From: Patescibacteria group bacterium
GTDB lineage: Bacteria > Patescibacteriota > Minisyncoccia > Phycocordibacterales > PALSA-1337
NCBI GenBank assembly: GCA_038061795.1
Contig: JBBTYL010000002.1
Span: 13,193-77,192, forward strand
Length of the DNA stretch: 64,000 bases
Direction of reading: 5' to 3'
Positions 45,224 to 54,029 of the stretch are shown piece by piece. Each line of letters opens with the position of its first letter. Positions within the stretch are counted from its first letter, which is position 1. Made by a program: the position numbers and the translations under genes. The notes under the pieces were generated by a model. It had not been told where the DNA came from. It searched no databases and worked only from the letters and a program-made list of their open reading frames with translations.

Positions 45224-46036
45224 TCAACAAACCGGAATTGTGTATGGTCCTGAATGGAAGATGGCGTGCGAGCAATCCATTCTAAGAAATTCGAGTCGTC
45301 TTGGCGGGGGGCGCTCCTTGATGATCAAGGTCGCCAAGGCGACCCGAATTCCTTTACCCACAGCAAAAAACTGCCCAGCCCTCCCTGGCTGGGATGATGG
45401 ATGGTTGGCGTATCGAACCAAATCGGCAGTGCAGTGCAATTGCAGTTTGCCCAAGATATTCTTGCGGTGTGTTTCCACCGTGCCGAGGCTGATTCCCAAA
45501 GTTTCGGCGGTTTCCTTGTTCGTTTTTCCTTCGGCGAGCAATTGTACTATCTGACGTTCGCGTGGCGTTAATCTAAAACGCTGCATGCCGCCGATTGGGA
45601 GCGCTGTTGTCGCGCGGAGGTTTTGCCCGTTTACGTTGTTTGAGATTTTGGGCGTGAGGAAGTTTTTGCCGGAAGCCAAAGCTTCAATTGCTATGGGGAG
45701 CAGTTCCGCGGCGTCACTCTTGAGCAAATAACCGCACGCGCCAGCTTTCAGGACTTCATCAGCAAGGGATTCCGAGTCGTGCATGGTGAGAATCAACACT
45801 TTGGTCCGGGGCGATTCCGCTTTCAGGATGCGGGTGGCGTCCAGGCCATTCAATTCAGGCATGGAGATGTCCAAGATGGCGATGTCGGGTTTGAGTGTGT
45901 GCACGAGTTCGAGCGCGGTGCGGCCATTGGCAGCCTCGCCACACAGTTCCCATGTCGTCTGGCTGTCAATTACGCTTTTAACGCCTTGCCGAATCATGCT
46001 GTGGTCATCGGCAATGATGATGCGAAGATTTTTCAC
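45224..46036 (-). CDS. NarL/FixJ-family response regulator (REC plus LuxR HTH), GC-rich
   Basis: IIADDHSMIRQG...LDISMPELNG receiver. LTPRERQIVQLLAEGKTNKETAETLGISLGTVETHRKNILGKL LuxR HTH. Confidence 0.8.
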   Translation of the reverse strand: MKNLRIIIADDHSMIRQGVKSVIDSQTTWELCGEAANGRTALELVHTLKPDIAILDISMPELNGLDATRILKAESPRTKVLILTMHDSESLADEVLKAGACGYLLKSDAAELLPIAIEALASGKNFLTPKISNNVNGQNLRATTALPIGGMQRFRLTPRERQIVQLLAEGKTNKETAETLGISLGTVETHRKNILGKLQLHCTADLVRYANHPSSQPGRAGQFFAVGKGIRVALATLIIKERPPPRRLEFLRMDCSHAIFHSGPYTIPVC

Positions 46037-46045
46037 GTGAGATTA

Positions 46046-46300
46046 TTCATTTGGTTGGGAGCAGTCTGGGGGGAATCCTCTGGCGAAAGGGGTACTGAGG
46101 CGAGCACTGTGACGCCTTCTGAATCTGATTCCACGTTGAGGTCGCCCCCCACCAAGGCCAGCCGCTCCTGCATGGCTGCCAGGCCAACGCCGGATTTTCG
46201 CAGGAACTTGGTGTCGGACGTAGCGGGTTGCGTCGGGAGGCCGTGTCCGAAGTCTTGAACTTCAACGCGGACCTCCTGGTGGTCACGGGCGAGCCGGATG
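46046..46300 (-). pseudogene. Histidine kinase C-terminal (HATPase_c) fragment, NarX-type, translationally abutting the NarL-like gene
   Basis: Minus-strand translation IRLARDHQEVRVEVQDFGHGLP...GVGLAAMQERLALVGGDLNVESDSEGVTVLASVPL. No intact upstream ORF. Confidence 0.5.
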
Positions 46301-46570
46301 TCCGATGAGGAATACAGCCTCCAGCGGACGGCCTTATTGGAGGAGAAACGCGGATTGGAAAAGTCGCTTCAGGGCGTCGGCCAACAAGTCGAAACTTGTT
46401 TGCAGCAGTCCGAACAAGCGCTTGAATTCGCCTGTGCGGTCCGGCAGCAGTTCACCAAGGGCGATTTTGCGACGAAGAAAGAGATCGTTGCGACCATTGG
46501 ATCGAACCTAACCCTGAAAGACAAAATCCTCATAGTTGAAGCCCGGAAACCGTTTTATCTGCTCGAAACT
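46298..46570 (+). pseudogene. Possible C-terminal fragment of a serine recombinase (coiled-coil tail)
   Basis: DEEYSLQRTALLEEKRGLEKSL...KKEIVATIGSNLTLKDKILIVEARKPF resembles large serine recombinase C-termini. Lacks a catalytic domain. The ORF tail runs antisense through tRNA-Leu. Confidence 0.3.
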
Positions 46571-46672
46571 TCCCTCTGCCATGCCGAAGGTCAGAACGAG
46601 CCAATCGAACCTGAAAATACCGTTGCGACACAGGGACAAAAAGAGGCTTGCGCCTCTTCTTGTCCAAGTCTG

Positions 46673-46756
46673 TGCCCAGGAGAGGACTCGAACCTCCACG
46701 CCCGTAAGGGCTTATCCACCTCAAGGATAAATGTCTACCAGTTTCAACACCTGGGC
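46673..46756 (-). tRNA. tRNA-Leu (anticodon GAG), class II
   Basis: Reverse complement GCCCAGGTG...TGGTAGACA...TATCC-TTGAGGT-GGATA... with a long variable arm, T-arm GGAGG-TTCGAGT-CCTCT, discriminator A. Confidence 0.85.
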
Positions 46757-46826
46757 ATGTATGTCTTCAAACAAAAAGACCCTCTCACTATAGCTGATAA
46801 CGGGTCTTTTTTCAATTTATTTCGTT

Positions 46827-47258
46827 TTATGCAGCAGCCTCTTCCTTCTTCTCTTCTGCCTTAACGCCGTGCTTCGTATCCGTATTCTGGTCCTTCTCGA
46901 TTGCGAGCATTCGTCGCATCTGTCGTCGGATTTCCTTCGTGGCCTTTTCTCGGACGAAGTAAAGCTTTGCTCGGCGAACCTTTGAGCGTCGTAGGAGGTC
47001 TATCTTGTCGATCATCGGAGTATACAATGGGAAAATCTTCTCGACTCCCACGCCGTCCATGACCTTTCGTACTGTGAATGTTCCTCCAGCTTCTGTTCCA
47101 TGCTTTCGGGCAAGAACAAGACCCTCAAACGCCTGAAGCCGTGTCTTTCCCTTTTCCTGGATCTTTTGCCAGACCTTTACTGTATCGCCAGGGCGAATAT
47201 CAAGAGTTTTTCGCTCTTCAACCTTGACTGATGAAATTACTTGAGTTTTTGTTGCCAT
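46827..47258 (-). CDS. rplS: 50S ribosomal protein L19
   Basis: IRPGDTVKVWQKIQEKGKTRLQAFEGLVLARKHGTEAGGTFTVRKV signature. Start set at MATKTQV. Confidence 0.85.
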   Translation of the reverse strand: MATKTQVISSVKVEERKTLDIRPGDTVKVWQKIQEKGKTRLQAFEGLVLARKHGTEAGGTFTVRKVMDGVGVEKIFPLYTPMIDKIDLLRRSKVRRAKLYFVREKATKEIRRQMRRMLAIEKDQNTDTKHGVKAEEKKEEAAA

Positions 47259-47292
47259 ATAGGTAGAGACAAATCTAACACAGACCCTTATT

Positions 47293-48081
47293 TTACGCAA
47301 CCCTTGGTACTCCAAGGAGCAGTCGTCGTATGGCGGCAACTTCGGTGATACCAAGCTCCTCAAAAGCATTCAAGAAGTCCGCTGGAAGGGGTGCCTTAAT
47401 AATAACTTTCTTTCTCATATAAGTAGTGAATTCGATGGAATACGCATGGAGGGCGTTCCTCTCGAACCCTATCTTGTTAGGTATGCCAGAGGCGTAGAGA
47501 CCGTCACAGACGACTGGATGATTCAAGGCTTTGAAGTGCACGCGGATTTGGTGGGTTCGGCCAGTCTTTGGTTCGACTTCAAGAAACGAATACCCTGCCC
47601 TATAAGCGAGCAGCGTATACCATGTCTCAGCTTCGCGAAGCTCTCCCCTAGCGCCTCGGGTGGCTGACCATCTTCGAAAATCTTTCGGGCTCCTACCAAT
47701 AGGGCGATTGATGATACCAAACTGATCCTTGATTTCACCATAGACAAATGTTAGGTATTTTTTTGTAAGTGTCCTCTCTTGGAACTGATCCTTAAGGCAG
47801 GCATGTCCATTTGCGGTTTTTGCAATCAAAATAACTCCGGAAGTATCCCGGTCGAGGCGATGAACAATTCCTGGGCGTTCGATGACTCCATACTCCTTGC
47901 TTTCAATCGGCTCTCCGACATTCTTCGCTCTCGGATAATTCTCAATGACCCAATCGGTAAGAAATGGCCCTTTTGATTTGCCGTCTGGATGCACGACAAG
48001 GCCAGCCGGCTTGTTTACCGCGACGATGTCCTTATCTTCGTATAATATAGGAATCTCCATTATCTTTTTCAGATATTTCAA
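47293..48081 (-). CDS. RluA/RluD-family pseudouridine synthase
   Basis: HRLDRDTSGVILIAKT catalytic motif. Confidence 0.8.
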   Translation of the reverse strand: MKYLKKIMEIPILYEDKDIVAVNKPAGLVVHPDGKSKGPFLTDWVIENYPRAKNVGEPIESKEYGVIERPGIVHRLDRDTSGVILIAKTANGHACLKDQFQERTLTKKYLTFVYGEIKDQFGIINRPIGRSPKDFRRWSATRGARGELREAETWYTLLAYRAGYSFLEVEPKTGRTHQIRVHFKALNHPVVCDGLYASGIPNKIGFERNALHAYSIEFTTYMRKKVIIKAPLPADFLNAFEELGITEVAAIRRLLLGVPRVA

Positions 48082-48092
48082 AAGAATAAATT

Positions 48093-48168
48093 TGGTGCGC
48101 GATGCAGGACTCGAACCTGCGGCCTACCCGGTGTAAACGGGTTGCTCTACCAACTGAGCTAATCGCGC
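48093..48168 (-). tRNA. tRNA-Val (anticodon TAC), CCA encoded
   Basis: Reverse complement GCGCGATTAGCTCAGTTGGTAGAGCAACCCGTTTACACCGGGTAGGCCGCAGGTTCGAGTCCTGCATCGCGCACCA. Confidence 0.9.
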
Positions 48169-48260
48169 ATCATCACTTATTTATACACTAGACTCTTGCA
48201 AAGTTCAAGTTGAATATAATAGACCTTTATTGTGTATGTTGTATATGATATACTCTACTC

Positions 48261-48926
48261 ATGAAAACCAAGGAAAAAGCACGGGCTCGCCTTTTGCGCA
48301 AAAAGGGGTATTCAATAAACCAGATCGTGGAGGAGGCTAGATTTTCAAAGGCTAGCGTCAGCCTCTGGGTCAGAGACATCACGCTCACAAAAGCTCAATC
48401 AAGAAAACTCTCAAAAAGAGGAAGAAGTGTGGAGTCGATAGAAAAAAGAAGGATCAGCCGGCTGAAAAATGAACAAATTAAAAGAAGGCTTACGGTTGAT
48501 GCGGCGAAAAAAGATTACAACGCAATCTCATCAGAGGAACTGAAGCTTATCGGGATAATATTGTATTTAGGTGAGGGGGCAAAGACACTAAGAGGAAAAG
48601 TTGCGCTTGCAAATAGTGATCCTATAGTTATACAGATAATGGTAAAATTCTTAAGAGAAATATGTAACGTTCCTGGGAAAAAGCTTCGTGGGCAAATCCA
48701 TACATTTAAACATGCTCATATTTTAAAAACTGAAAAATATTGGTCAAAGATCACAGGAATACCTAGAAAGCAATTTTATAAGACCTATATTAAACCAAGT
48801 TCAGCAAGTCTGCAGAAGAGAAAGACCCTTCCATTCGGAACATTTGATATATCAGTAAATGATACAAAACTTCTACTAACGATATTGGGTTGGATTGAAA
48901 AAATAAAAGAATTAGCTCTAAAATAA
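48261..48926 (+). CDS. HTH-containing protein with a LAGLIDADG-like segment (possible free-standing homing-endonuclease-like protein)
   Basis: N-terminal HTH (LLRKKGYSINQIVEEARFSKASVSLWV). LIGIILYLGEGAKT resembles a single LAGLIDADG motif. Confidence 0.3.
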   Translation: MKTKEKARARLLRKKGYSINQIVEEARFSKASVSLWVRDITLTKAQSRKLSKRGRSVESIEKRRISRLKNEQIKRRLTVDAAKKDYNAISSEELKLIGIILYLGEGAKTLRGKVALANSDPIVIQIMVKFLREICNVPGKKLRGQIHTFKHAHILKTEKYWSKITGIPRKQFYKTYIKPSSASLQKRKTLPFGTFDISVNDTKLLLTILGWIEKIKELALK

Positions 48927-48988
48927 ACAAAAACCGCTCCCTTGTATTCCTTGGGGCGGTTTTTGCTTTGAAAATCTTTCTGGTGAGA

Positions 48989-49219
48989 TTACACCGTTGG
49001 GCTTGCTGGAGTCGAAGGGGTTGAAGAGACGCAATCGCTGCATGTCTTCTTGTGCGTGACGATCAAGTAGACCGCTGAAAGGCCAACTAGAATGTAGACA
49101 ACCTTGGAAATTCCGTATCCGATAAGATCAGCAAGTCCCGCGTTGAAGATTCCGATTACAAGCCAATTCAAGCCTCCGATAATGACCAAAACAAACGCAA
49201 TTTTATGCAATGCTTTCAT
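48989..49219 (-). CDS. DUF378-family small membrane protein
   Basis: IIGGLNWLVIGIF...YILVGLSAVY two-TM pattern typical of DUF378. Confidence 0.55.
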   Translation of the reverse strand: MKALHKIAFVLVIIGGLNWLVIGIFNAGLADLIGYGISKVVYILVGLSAVYLIVTHKKTCSDCVSSTPSTPASPTV

Positions 49220-49315
49220 GTTTTTTTGTTAACTAATAATAATTGATATCTAGCGATAATTATACCTCATTCGCAAGATTTGTGTCATATTGCGTTATAC
49301 ACAGGGATTGTTTCG

Positions 49316-49390
49316 TGGTGCCCCTGGTTGGAATCGAACCAACATTGACGGCTTAGAAGTCCGCAGTTCTATCCATTGAACTACAGGGGC
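49316..49390 (-). tRNA. tRNA-Arg (anticodon TCT), CCA encoded
   Basis: Reverse complement GCCCCTGTAGTTCAATGGATAGAACTGCGGACTTCTAAGCCGTCAATGTTGGTTCGATTCCAACCAGGGGCACCA. One A-G mismatch at the base of the anticodon stem. Confidence 0.8.
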
Positions 49391-49439
49391 ATTGGCGCAC
49401 ATTCAAGAATATAGCAGAAAAGACCTTAAAATGAAACGA

Positions 49440-49769
49440 TTACAGTGAAGGATCAGCCAGGCCCTTATACCCTTTCTTGACCTGCAGGCTGGCATTCTCA
49501 CGCGATTGGAAACGGCCAATAAGCGAATCAAGCTCACCCTTGTCGAAAATCTTATCTGTGGATTCTGCAGTTTCGGCGACTTTGAAATTGCCACTGCTTA
49601 TCTGCCAATAAAGATGGACGCCACCCGCGATGAGTGCCCCCGCGACGATAATAGTTGCGGTAAGCACGATTATCCAATCGACAAAGGCGTTCCTGCCGAT
49701 TTCTCTGAAAGCATTCCGTGTAGAAAGATGCGGCACTCTCATGAATTTTTTCTTAAAAAGGTTTGTCAT
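49440..49769 (-). CDS. Hypothetical single-TM protein downstream of pilMNO-like genes
   Basis: One TM helix. Operonic position only. Confidence 0.3.
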   Translation of the reverse strand: MTNLFKKKFMRVPHLSTRNAFREIGRNAFVDWIIVLTATIIVAGALIAGGVHLYWQISSGNFKVAETAESTDKIFDKGELDSLIGRFQSRENASLQVKKGYKGLADPSL

Positions 49770-49770
49770 T

Positions 49771-50319
49771 TTATTTGGCTGATTTCTTAGTCAACGCCTC
49801 TATAGTCAAAGAAAGGTGCCATATATGCCCAGAAGCTGCCTTCTTCTTGCCTGAACTCTCGAGATCGCCCGAGGTATAAAGACGGATATCGTCCAACGTG
49901 GTACCAAGCGGCAGATTCTCCATGAGCATGAGAGCATTCATGACGCCTGGCCAAGAACCATCGATGTCGACTTTGGCCTTGATGTGAGATTCTTCGTTGG
50001 TTATGGCAGAAATCTCTAGCTCGGTCAGAGAATCAACGCCGACTTTCTCAATCCTCTCGATAAAATCGACGGCTGTCTCTTCCGGTATGAAAAAGGAAGA
50101 TAGTTTCTCTCGACTGACGGAAGTATCCTTATGTATATCAGTAAGCTCCTGTTCGTTTTGCTTTTTGATGCTTTCATTGGCCACCTCGTTGGCGGCGCTG
50201 ATATAATGCTCTGCTTGCACGACCGTCTTCTTATAAAGAAAAGCATAGCCAAAAGAGGCGCAAATGACTGTGCACAAGGCAAAAAGTATAAGCGTATAAT
50301 GTCGTTGATTTATTTTCAT
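49771..50319 (-). CDS. PilO-like type IV pilus assembly protein (bitopic)
   Basis: N-terminal TM plus coiled-coil plus a C-terminal periplasmic domain. Position after pilM/pilN-like genes. Confidence 0.4.
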   Translation of the reverse strand: MKINQRHYTLILFALCTVICASFGYAFLYKKTVVQAEHYISAANEVANESIKKQNEQELTDIHKDTSVSREKLSSFFIPEETAVDFIERIEKVGVDSLTELEISAITNEESHIKAKVDIDGSWPGVMNALMLMENLPLGTTLDDIRLYTSGDLESSGKKKAASGHIWHLSLTIEALTKKSAK

Positions 50320-50873
50320 GGGGTCAGGATGACTAGCTTAAGGGCGAAAGAAACGTCTTTGCTCTTGGCAAGATCAGAGATCGGCAGATCGATTTTCAAA
50401 ATAAGCGGGTTCTGTTCAAGGATCTTCTTGAAATTTACCAACGAATCCCTCGTCATGGCCTTGCCTTGGACGATTACCTCAAGAGAAGACGATGCTGTCT
50501 CCCCCGATGAACCGAGCTGAAAAGAGCTTATCGAAACCTGGGCTGGCTTGCGGAGAACGATTTCAGAAATTATCTGCGAAAATTCAGCGCTATCTTGGTG
50601 CTTCTTGAGATCTTCAATCAATGATTGGGCGCTGGCAAGATCATCCACGACAACATCAGTTCCCCTTTCCCGCCTGCTCTCCTGCAACGACTGAAGGTTC
50701 TTGATGGCCTCCTTTTCTTGCGTGTATGAGAAAATATACGCAGGTATGAGCGAAACGATGCCGGTCAGTATGCCGCAAGACACGAAGAAAATAAGCACGA
50801 TGAAAAGCCTCGTCCTGTATTCTTTTTTAAGAGATTTGATTTCTTTTTCTGGCAAAAGCGTATAGTGGATCAT
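50316..50873 (-). CDS. PilN-like type IV pilus assembly protein
   Basis: Short cytoplasmic N-terminus, TM (LFIVLIFFVSCGILTGIVSLI), periplasmic domain. Overlaps the pilO-like start by 4 nt. Confidence 0.45.
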   Translation of the reverse strand: MIHYTLLPEKEIKSLKKEYRTRLFIVLIFFVSCGILTGIVSLIPAYIFSYTQEKEAIKNLQSLQESRRERGTDVVVDDLASAQSLIEDLKKHQDSAEFSQIISEIVLRKPAQVSISSFQLGSSGETASSSLEVIVQGKAMTRDSLVNFKKILEQNPLILKIDLPISDLAKSKDVSFALKLVILTP

Positions 50874-50885
50874 GACTAAGTTGAA

Positions 50886-51860
50886 TTATGGAAGCGCAAG
50901 GCCGGCTGATATTGCATAATCGAGCGAATCCTCGAAGGTGACGGCTGGAACGTAGTGGTCACCAGAAAAAGCATTCTGCCATACATGAGCGACTTGAAGC
51001 TGTATGCTGTGATCCGGAGAAAGATGAGAAATCTGGCTTATGGCAAGGGCATCGTGGCCTGAAACAATTATTGACTTGATCGGCTGGCCTTCGCCGTGCT
51101 CTGACCAATAGGTATATACCCTCTCAATTTCATGTCGCAATGAAAATATGTCATCGGACATATCAACCATGCTTTTGTTCCGTATGAGTTCTCCGCCCCA
51201 TGGCACGGTCGAAGTGAAGCAAACGACCCCGCTTGAGACGACATAGAGCCCAGTCTTCTTATTCATGACATTTACGATAAGCTGTGTCTCTTTGCTATCA
51301 TGAGGAACAACAGCGCGCGCAATTGCCTTGGCTTGGATTTCAAAAGACACGACAGTAAGTCCTGCAGCTTGAAAAGCATTTAGATAGCTATGAACAAGCT
51401 CGCGCGGCGTCACAGAAACGCTCACCATTGTCTTGCCAGCATTATTCATGGAATCTGGTAGAATATCGAAGAAAAAAATCGCATCAGCCGGCGAAAGCGG
51501 CACATTTTCTTCAAGCTTGAACTCTATGTTTTGACGGATCTGATCTTCATTCGTATCCGGCACTTCAGCCTTGAAAAGGTACATCCTTTCTTCGGGAAGC
51601 GAGGCTTTAACGGTTGTAAGCTTAAGCTCCTGGGCAAGCGATGTGAGTTCCTGTATCAAAGCTTTCTCATCCTTTATGTACCCTGAATCGACGATTCCCG
51701 GCTTGAGGCCGCGTGTGCCGTAACGATGAAGCGTGTAGCCATGGTGACTGGAAGAATATTCTATGCAACGGATAGCATCATCGGAAATATCAACGCCGGC
51801 ATATGGAATGTTCAGATATTTCGGTGGAGGAAATAATTTGAAAAAAGTCTTAGTAAACAT
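50886..51860 (-). CDS. pilM: PilM-like actin-fold pilus assembly ATPase
   Basis: N-terminal GVDISDDAIRCIE comparable to PilM GIDIGS.SIK.V. ~324 aa. Confidence 0.6.
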   Translation of the reverse strand: MFTKTFFKLFPPPKYLNIPYAGVDISDDAIRCIEYSSSHHGYTLHRYGTRGLKPGIVDSGYIKDEKALIQELTSLAQELKLTTVKASLPEERMYLFKAEVPDTNEDQIRQNIEFKLEENVPLSPADAIFFFDILPDSMNNAGKTMVSVSVTPRELVHSYLNAFQAAGLTVVSFEIQAKAIARAVVPHDSKETQLIVNVMNKKTGLYVVSSGVVCFTSTVPWGGELIRNKSMVDMSDDIFSLRHEIERVYTYWSEHGEGQPIKSIIVSGHDALAISQISHLSPDHSIQLQVAHVWQNAFSGDHYVPAVTFEDSLDYAISAGLALP

Positions 51861-51878
51861 ACGAGTGTTTACTTGCCA

Positions 51879-52496
51879 TTATACCACATGATTTTTCGTC
51901 TTCTTATGCTTTATGAACTCTACAATGGGAGGAATGAACGAGGTGAGAATGATGGCAAGGATAATCGGCGTAAGGTAACGCTCCGCGTTGGGGGTGCTGT
52001 TGCCAAGAAGGTATCCGAGACCTAGCATCCCCCATGTCCAGACGAAACCGCCAATGATATTGAAACGAATGAAGGTTTTGTATTCCATCCCTGCTACGCC
52101 TGCGACTATCGGAGCGAACGTCCTTACGATCGGAATGAAGCGCGCGAAGATAATCGTCTTTTTTCCATGCTTTTGGTAAAACGCGTTAGCCCGCTCAATG
52201 TGTTTCTTATGGAAAAAGAGCGAATCATCCTTGGAAAAAATCATCGGCCCCGTCTTTTTGCCGAAGGAATAGCCGACGCTGTCACCAGCCACTGCCGCAA
52301 TGAAGCATAGAATCAAAAGACCCCAGATCGAGACGAGATCCTGCGAGGCCAGAAATCCAGCAGTAAACAGCAATGAATCCCCCGGAAAAAAGAATCCGAA
52401 AAACAGTCCTGACTCGGCAAAGATTATAAGAACGACGCCGAGCATGCCAAGCGTCCTTATTATGGCCAATGGATCAAGCAGGTCGTGAAATGACAT
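51879..52496 (-). CDS. DedA/VTT-domain membrane protein
   Basis: FFPGDSLLFTAGFLA and FARFIPIVRTFAPIVAG DedA signature. Start trimmed to MSFHDLL. Confidence 0.75.
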   Translation of the reverse strand: MSFHDLLDPLAIIRTLGMLGVVLIIFAESGLFFGFFFPGDSLLFTAGFLASQDLVSIWGLLILCFIAAVAGDSVGYSFGKKTGPMIFSKDDSLFFHKKHIERANAFYQKHGKKTIIFARFIPIVRTFAPIVAGVAGMEYKTFIRFNIIGGFVWTWGMLGLGYLLGNSTPNAERYLTPIILAIILTSFIPPIVEFIKHKKTKNHVV

Positions 52497-52500
52497 AATT

Positions 52501-52830
52501 TTATTTCGCCTTAGTTCCTGGGGGAATCGTGGCGTTCGGTTCAAGAAGAGAAAAAGCGCCTTCAGAAGTCGACACAGCAAAAAGCATTCCGTTGCTTTCG
52601 AAACCGCGTATTGTCCGTGGCTCGAGATTCGTCACGAACATGCAGGTCTTCCCTACGAGCATCGCTGGATCTGGAAAATATGCGGAAATCCCGGAGACGA
52701 TTTGTCGTGGCGACGCTTCTGCAAAATCAACCGAAAGCTTTAAAAGCTTGTCAGTATCTGGGATTTTTTCAGCTGAAAGAACTTTTCCGGCCCGTATTTC
52801 TACTTTTGCAAAATCTTCGTATGAAATCAT
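52501..52830 (-). CDS. tRNA-binding domain protein (CsaA/Trbp111, EMAP-like OB fold)
   Basis: FAKVEIRAGKVLSAEKIPDTDKLLKLSVDF...RQIVSGI...LVGKTCMFVTNLEP. Confidence 0.75.
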   Translation of the reverse strand: MISYEDFAKVEIRAGKVLSAEKIPDTDKLLKLSVDFAEASPRQIVSGISAYFPDPAMLVGKTCMFVTNLEPRTIRGFESNGMLFAVSTSEGAFSLLEPNATIPPGTKAK

Positions 52831-52842
52831 GATAAATTCATA

Positions 52843-53229
52843 TTACCCTTTCGCTCTCTGCTTATCAAGAAAGCTCTGAAGGATAAGCGCAGCTGCGGAC
52901 GCATCGAGCATATCTGTCTTTCCTTGGAATCTTTCCGCGTTGTGGCTCGTCATGAATTCCGGCTCAAGATGCACAGTGAATCCCTCCTTTTCCATATCCA
53001 TCTTAAAATTGAGGCTTTCCGGAAGAATGACATTCGCTTCTCCTTTGTAATTCTTCGATTCCCCCATGACGATAACCTTCGTGCCATTTTCTTTCGCAAT
53101 ATCAGACACTTCCTTGATAAGGTTCTTTGAATTATTGAGTGTGATTACTGGCAAGGCAAATTCGCCCGCTTCGTCAGAGCAAGCAACTCCAACCATCTTT
53201 GAGCCGTAATCGATGCCAAGAATTCTCAT
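52843..53229 (-). CDS. ruvX: Holliday-junction resolvase-like YqgF/RuvX
   Basis: MRILGIDYGSKMVGVACSDE RNase H-like N-terminus. Start trimmed because the longer ORF overlaps tRNA-Ser. Confidence 0.8.
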   Translation of the reverse strand: MRILGIDYGSKMVGVACSDEAGEFALPVITLNNSKNLIKEVSDIAKENGTKVIVMGESKNYKGEANVILPESLNFKMDMEKEGFTVHLEPEFMTSHNAERFQGKTDMLDASAAALILQSFLDKQRAKG

Positions 53230-53290
53230 GAGCACAGTGTATCCTATGTTGAAATTTACAGCAAAATATGAGAGTATCTTCATACACCAA

Positions 53291-53377
53291 GGATGGGTGC
53301 CAGAGTGGTCTAATGGAACAGTCTTGAAAACTGTCGCCCGCGCAAGTGGGCCGTGAGTTCGAATCTCACCCCATCCG
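53291..53377 (+). tRNA. tRNA-Ser (anticodon TGA), class II
   Basis: GGATGGG...ACAGT-CTTGAAA-ACTGT, long variable arm, T-arm GTGAG-TTCGAAT-CTCAC, acceptor CCCATCC, discriminator G. Confidence 0.9.
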
Positions 53378-53404
53378 CAAAACAGGTATGATATAATATT
53401 CCCC

Positions 53405-53863
53405 ATGCAACCCCTCATCTCATGGGACGCTCCCGATCACATGTACACTGACAAGAGCAACGACTGGTATTGGTCAGTCGGCATCATTACCATTACGGCG
53501 GCGGCGTTAGCTTTCATTTTCAATAATTTCATATTCGGAATCTTCATCATTGTTGCGGCTTTTGCCTTGATTGTACACGCAGGCAAGAAACCAAAGATAG
53601 TCCATTGCGAAATAAACGACCGCGGGATCGTTCTTGATAACATCCTCTATCCTTTTCTTTCCCTTGAATCATTCTGGATCGACGCGCATGATGAACCACC
53701 AAGAGTGCTTGTGAGATCCCATAAGACGTTCATGCCATTCATAACTATATATATCGAGGAAGTGGATCCTGAAAAAGTCCGCGAAATTCTCCTCAACTAT
53801 ATTGCCGAAACCGAGCATCACGAGCCACTCGCTCAAAAATTGCTTGAGAAATTTGGATTCTAG
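53405..53863 (+). CDS. Hypothetical membrane protein (2 TM)
   Basis: Hydropathy only. Confidence 0.4.
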   Translation: MQPLISWDAPDHMYTDKSNDWYWSVGIITITAAALAFIFNNFIFGIFIIVAAFALIVHAGKKPKIVHCEINDRGIVLDNILYPFLSLESFWIDAHDEPPRVLVRSHKTFMPFITIYIEEVDPEKVREILLNYIAETEHHEPLAQKLLEKFGF

Positions 53864-53890
53864 CTGAAATATGCTAGGCTGTTTCGTATC

Positions 53891-53962
53891 GCTCTCATCG
53901 TTCAATGGATAGGACTCAACTTTGCGGAAGTTGAAATGTTGGTTCGATTCCAACTGAGAGCA
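53891..53962 (+). tRNA. tRNA-Arg (anticodon GCG as read)
   Basis: GCTCTCA TC GTTCAATGGATAGGAC T CAACT-TTGCGGA-AGTTG AAATG GTTGG-TTCGATT-CCAAC TGAGAGC A. Confidence 0.75.
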
Positions 53963-54029
53963 CCGAATAAAATGTGCTGAATAAAAAGAAGGCGAGATTT
54001 TCATCTCGCCTTCTTGGGCGACCATCACT

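Noticed and set aside
45779-46258. 159-aa plus-strand ORF
   Set aside because: The opposite strand encodes a recognisable HATPase_c fragment. The plus ORF is a GC-rich shadow frame.
52843-53418. Full 191-aa ORF for ruvX, and similar long N-terminal extensions of rlmH, dut, rplS, rpsT, the amidase, dedA and the GT2
   Set aside because: The extensions overlap tRNA-Ser, upstream genes or terminators and lack homology. Starts were moved to the internal Met where homology begins.
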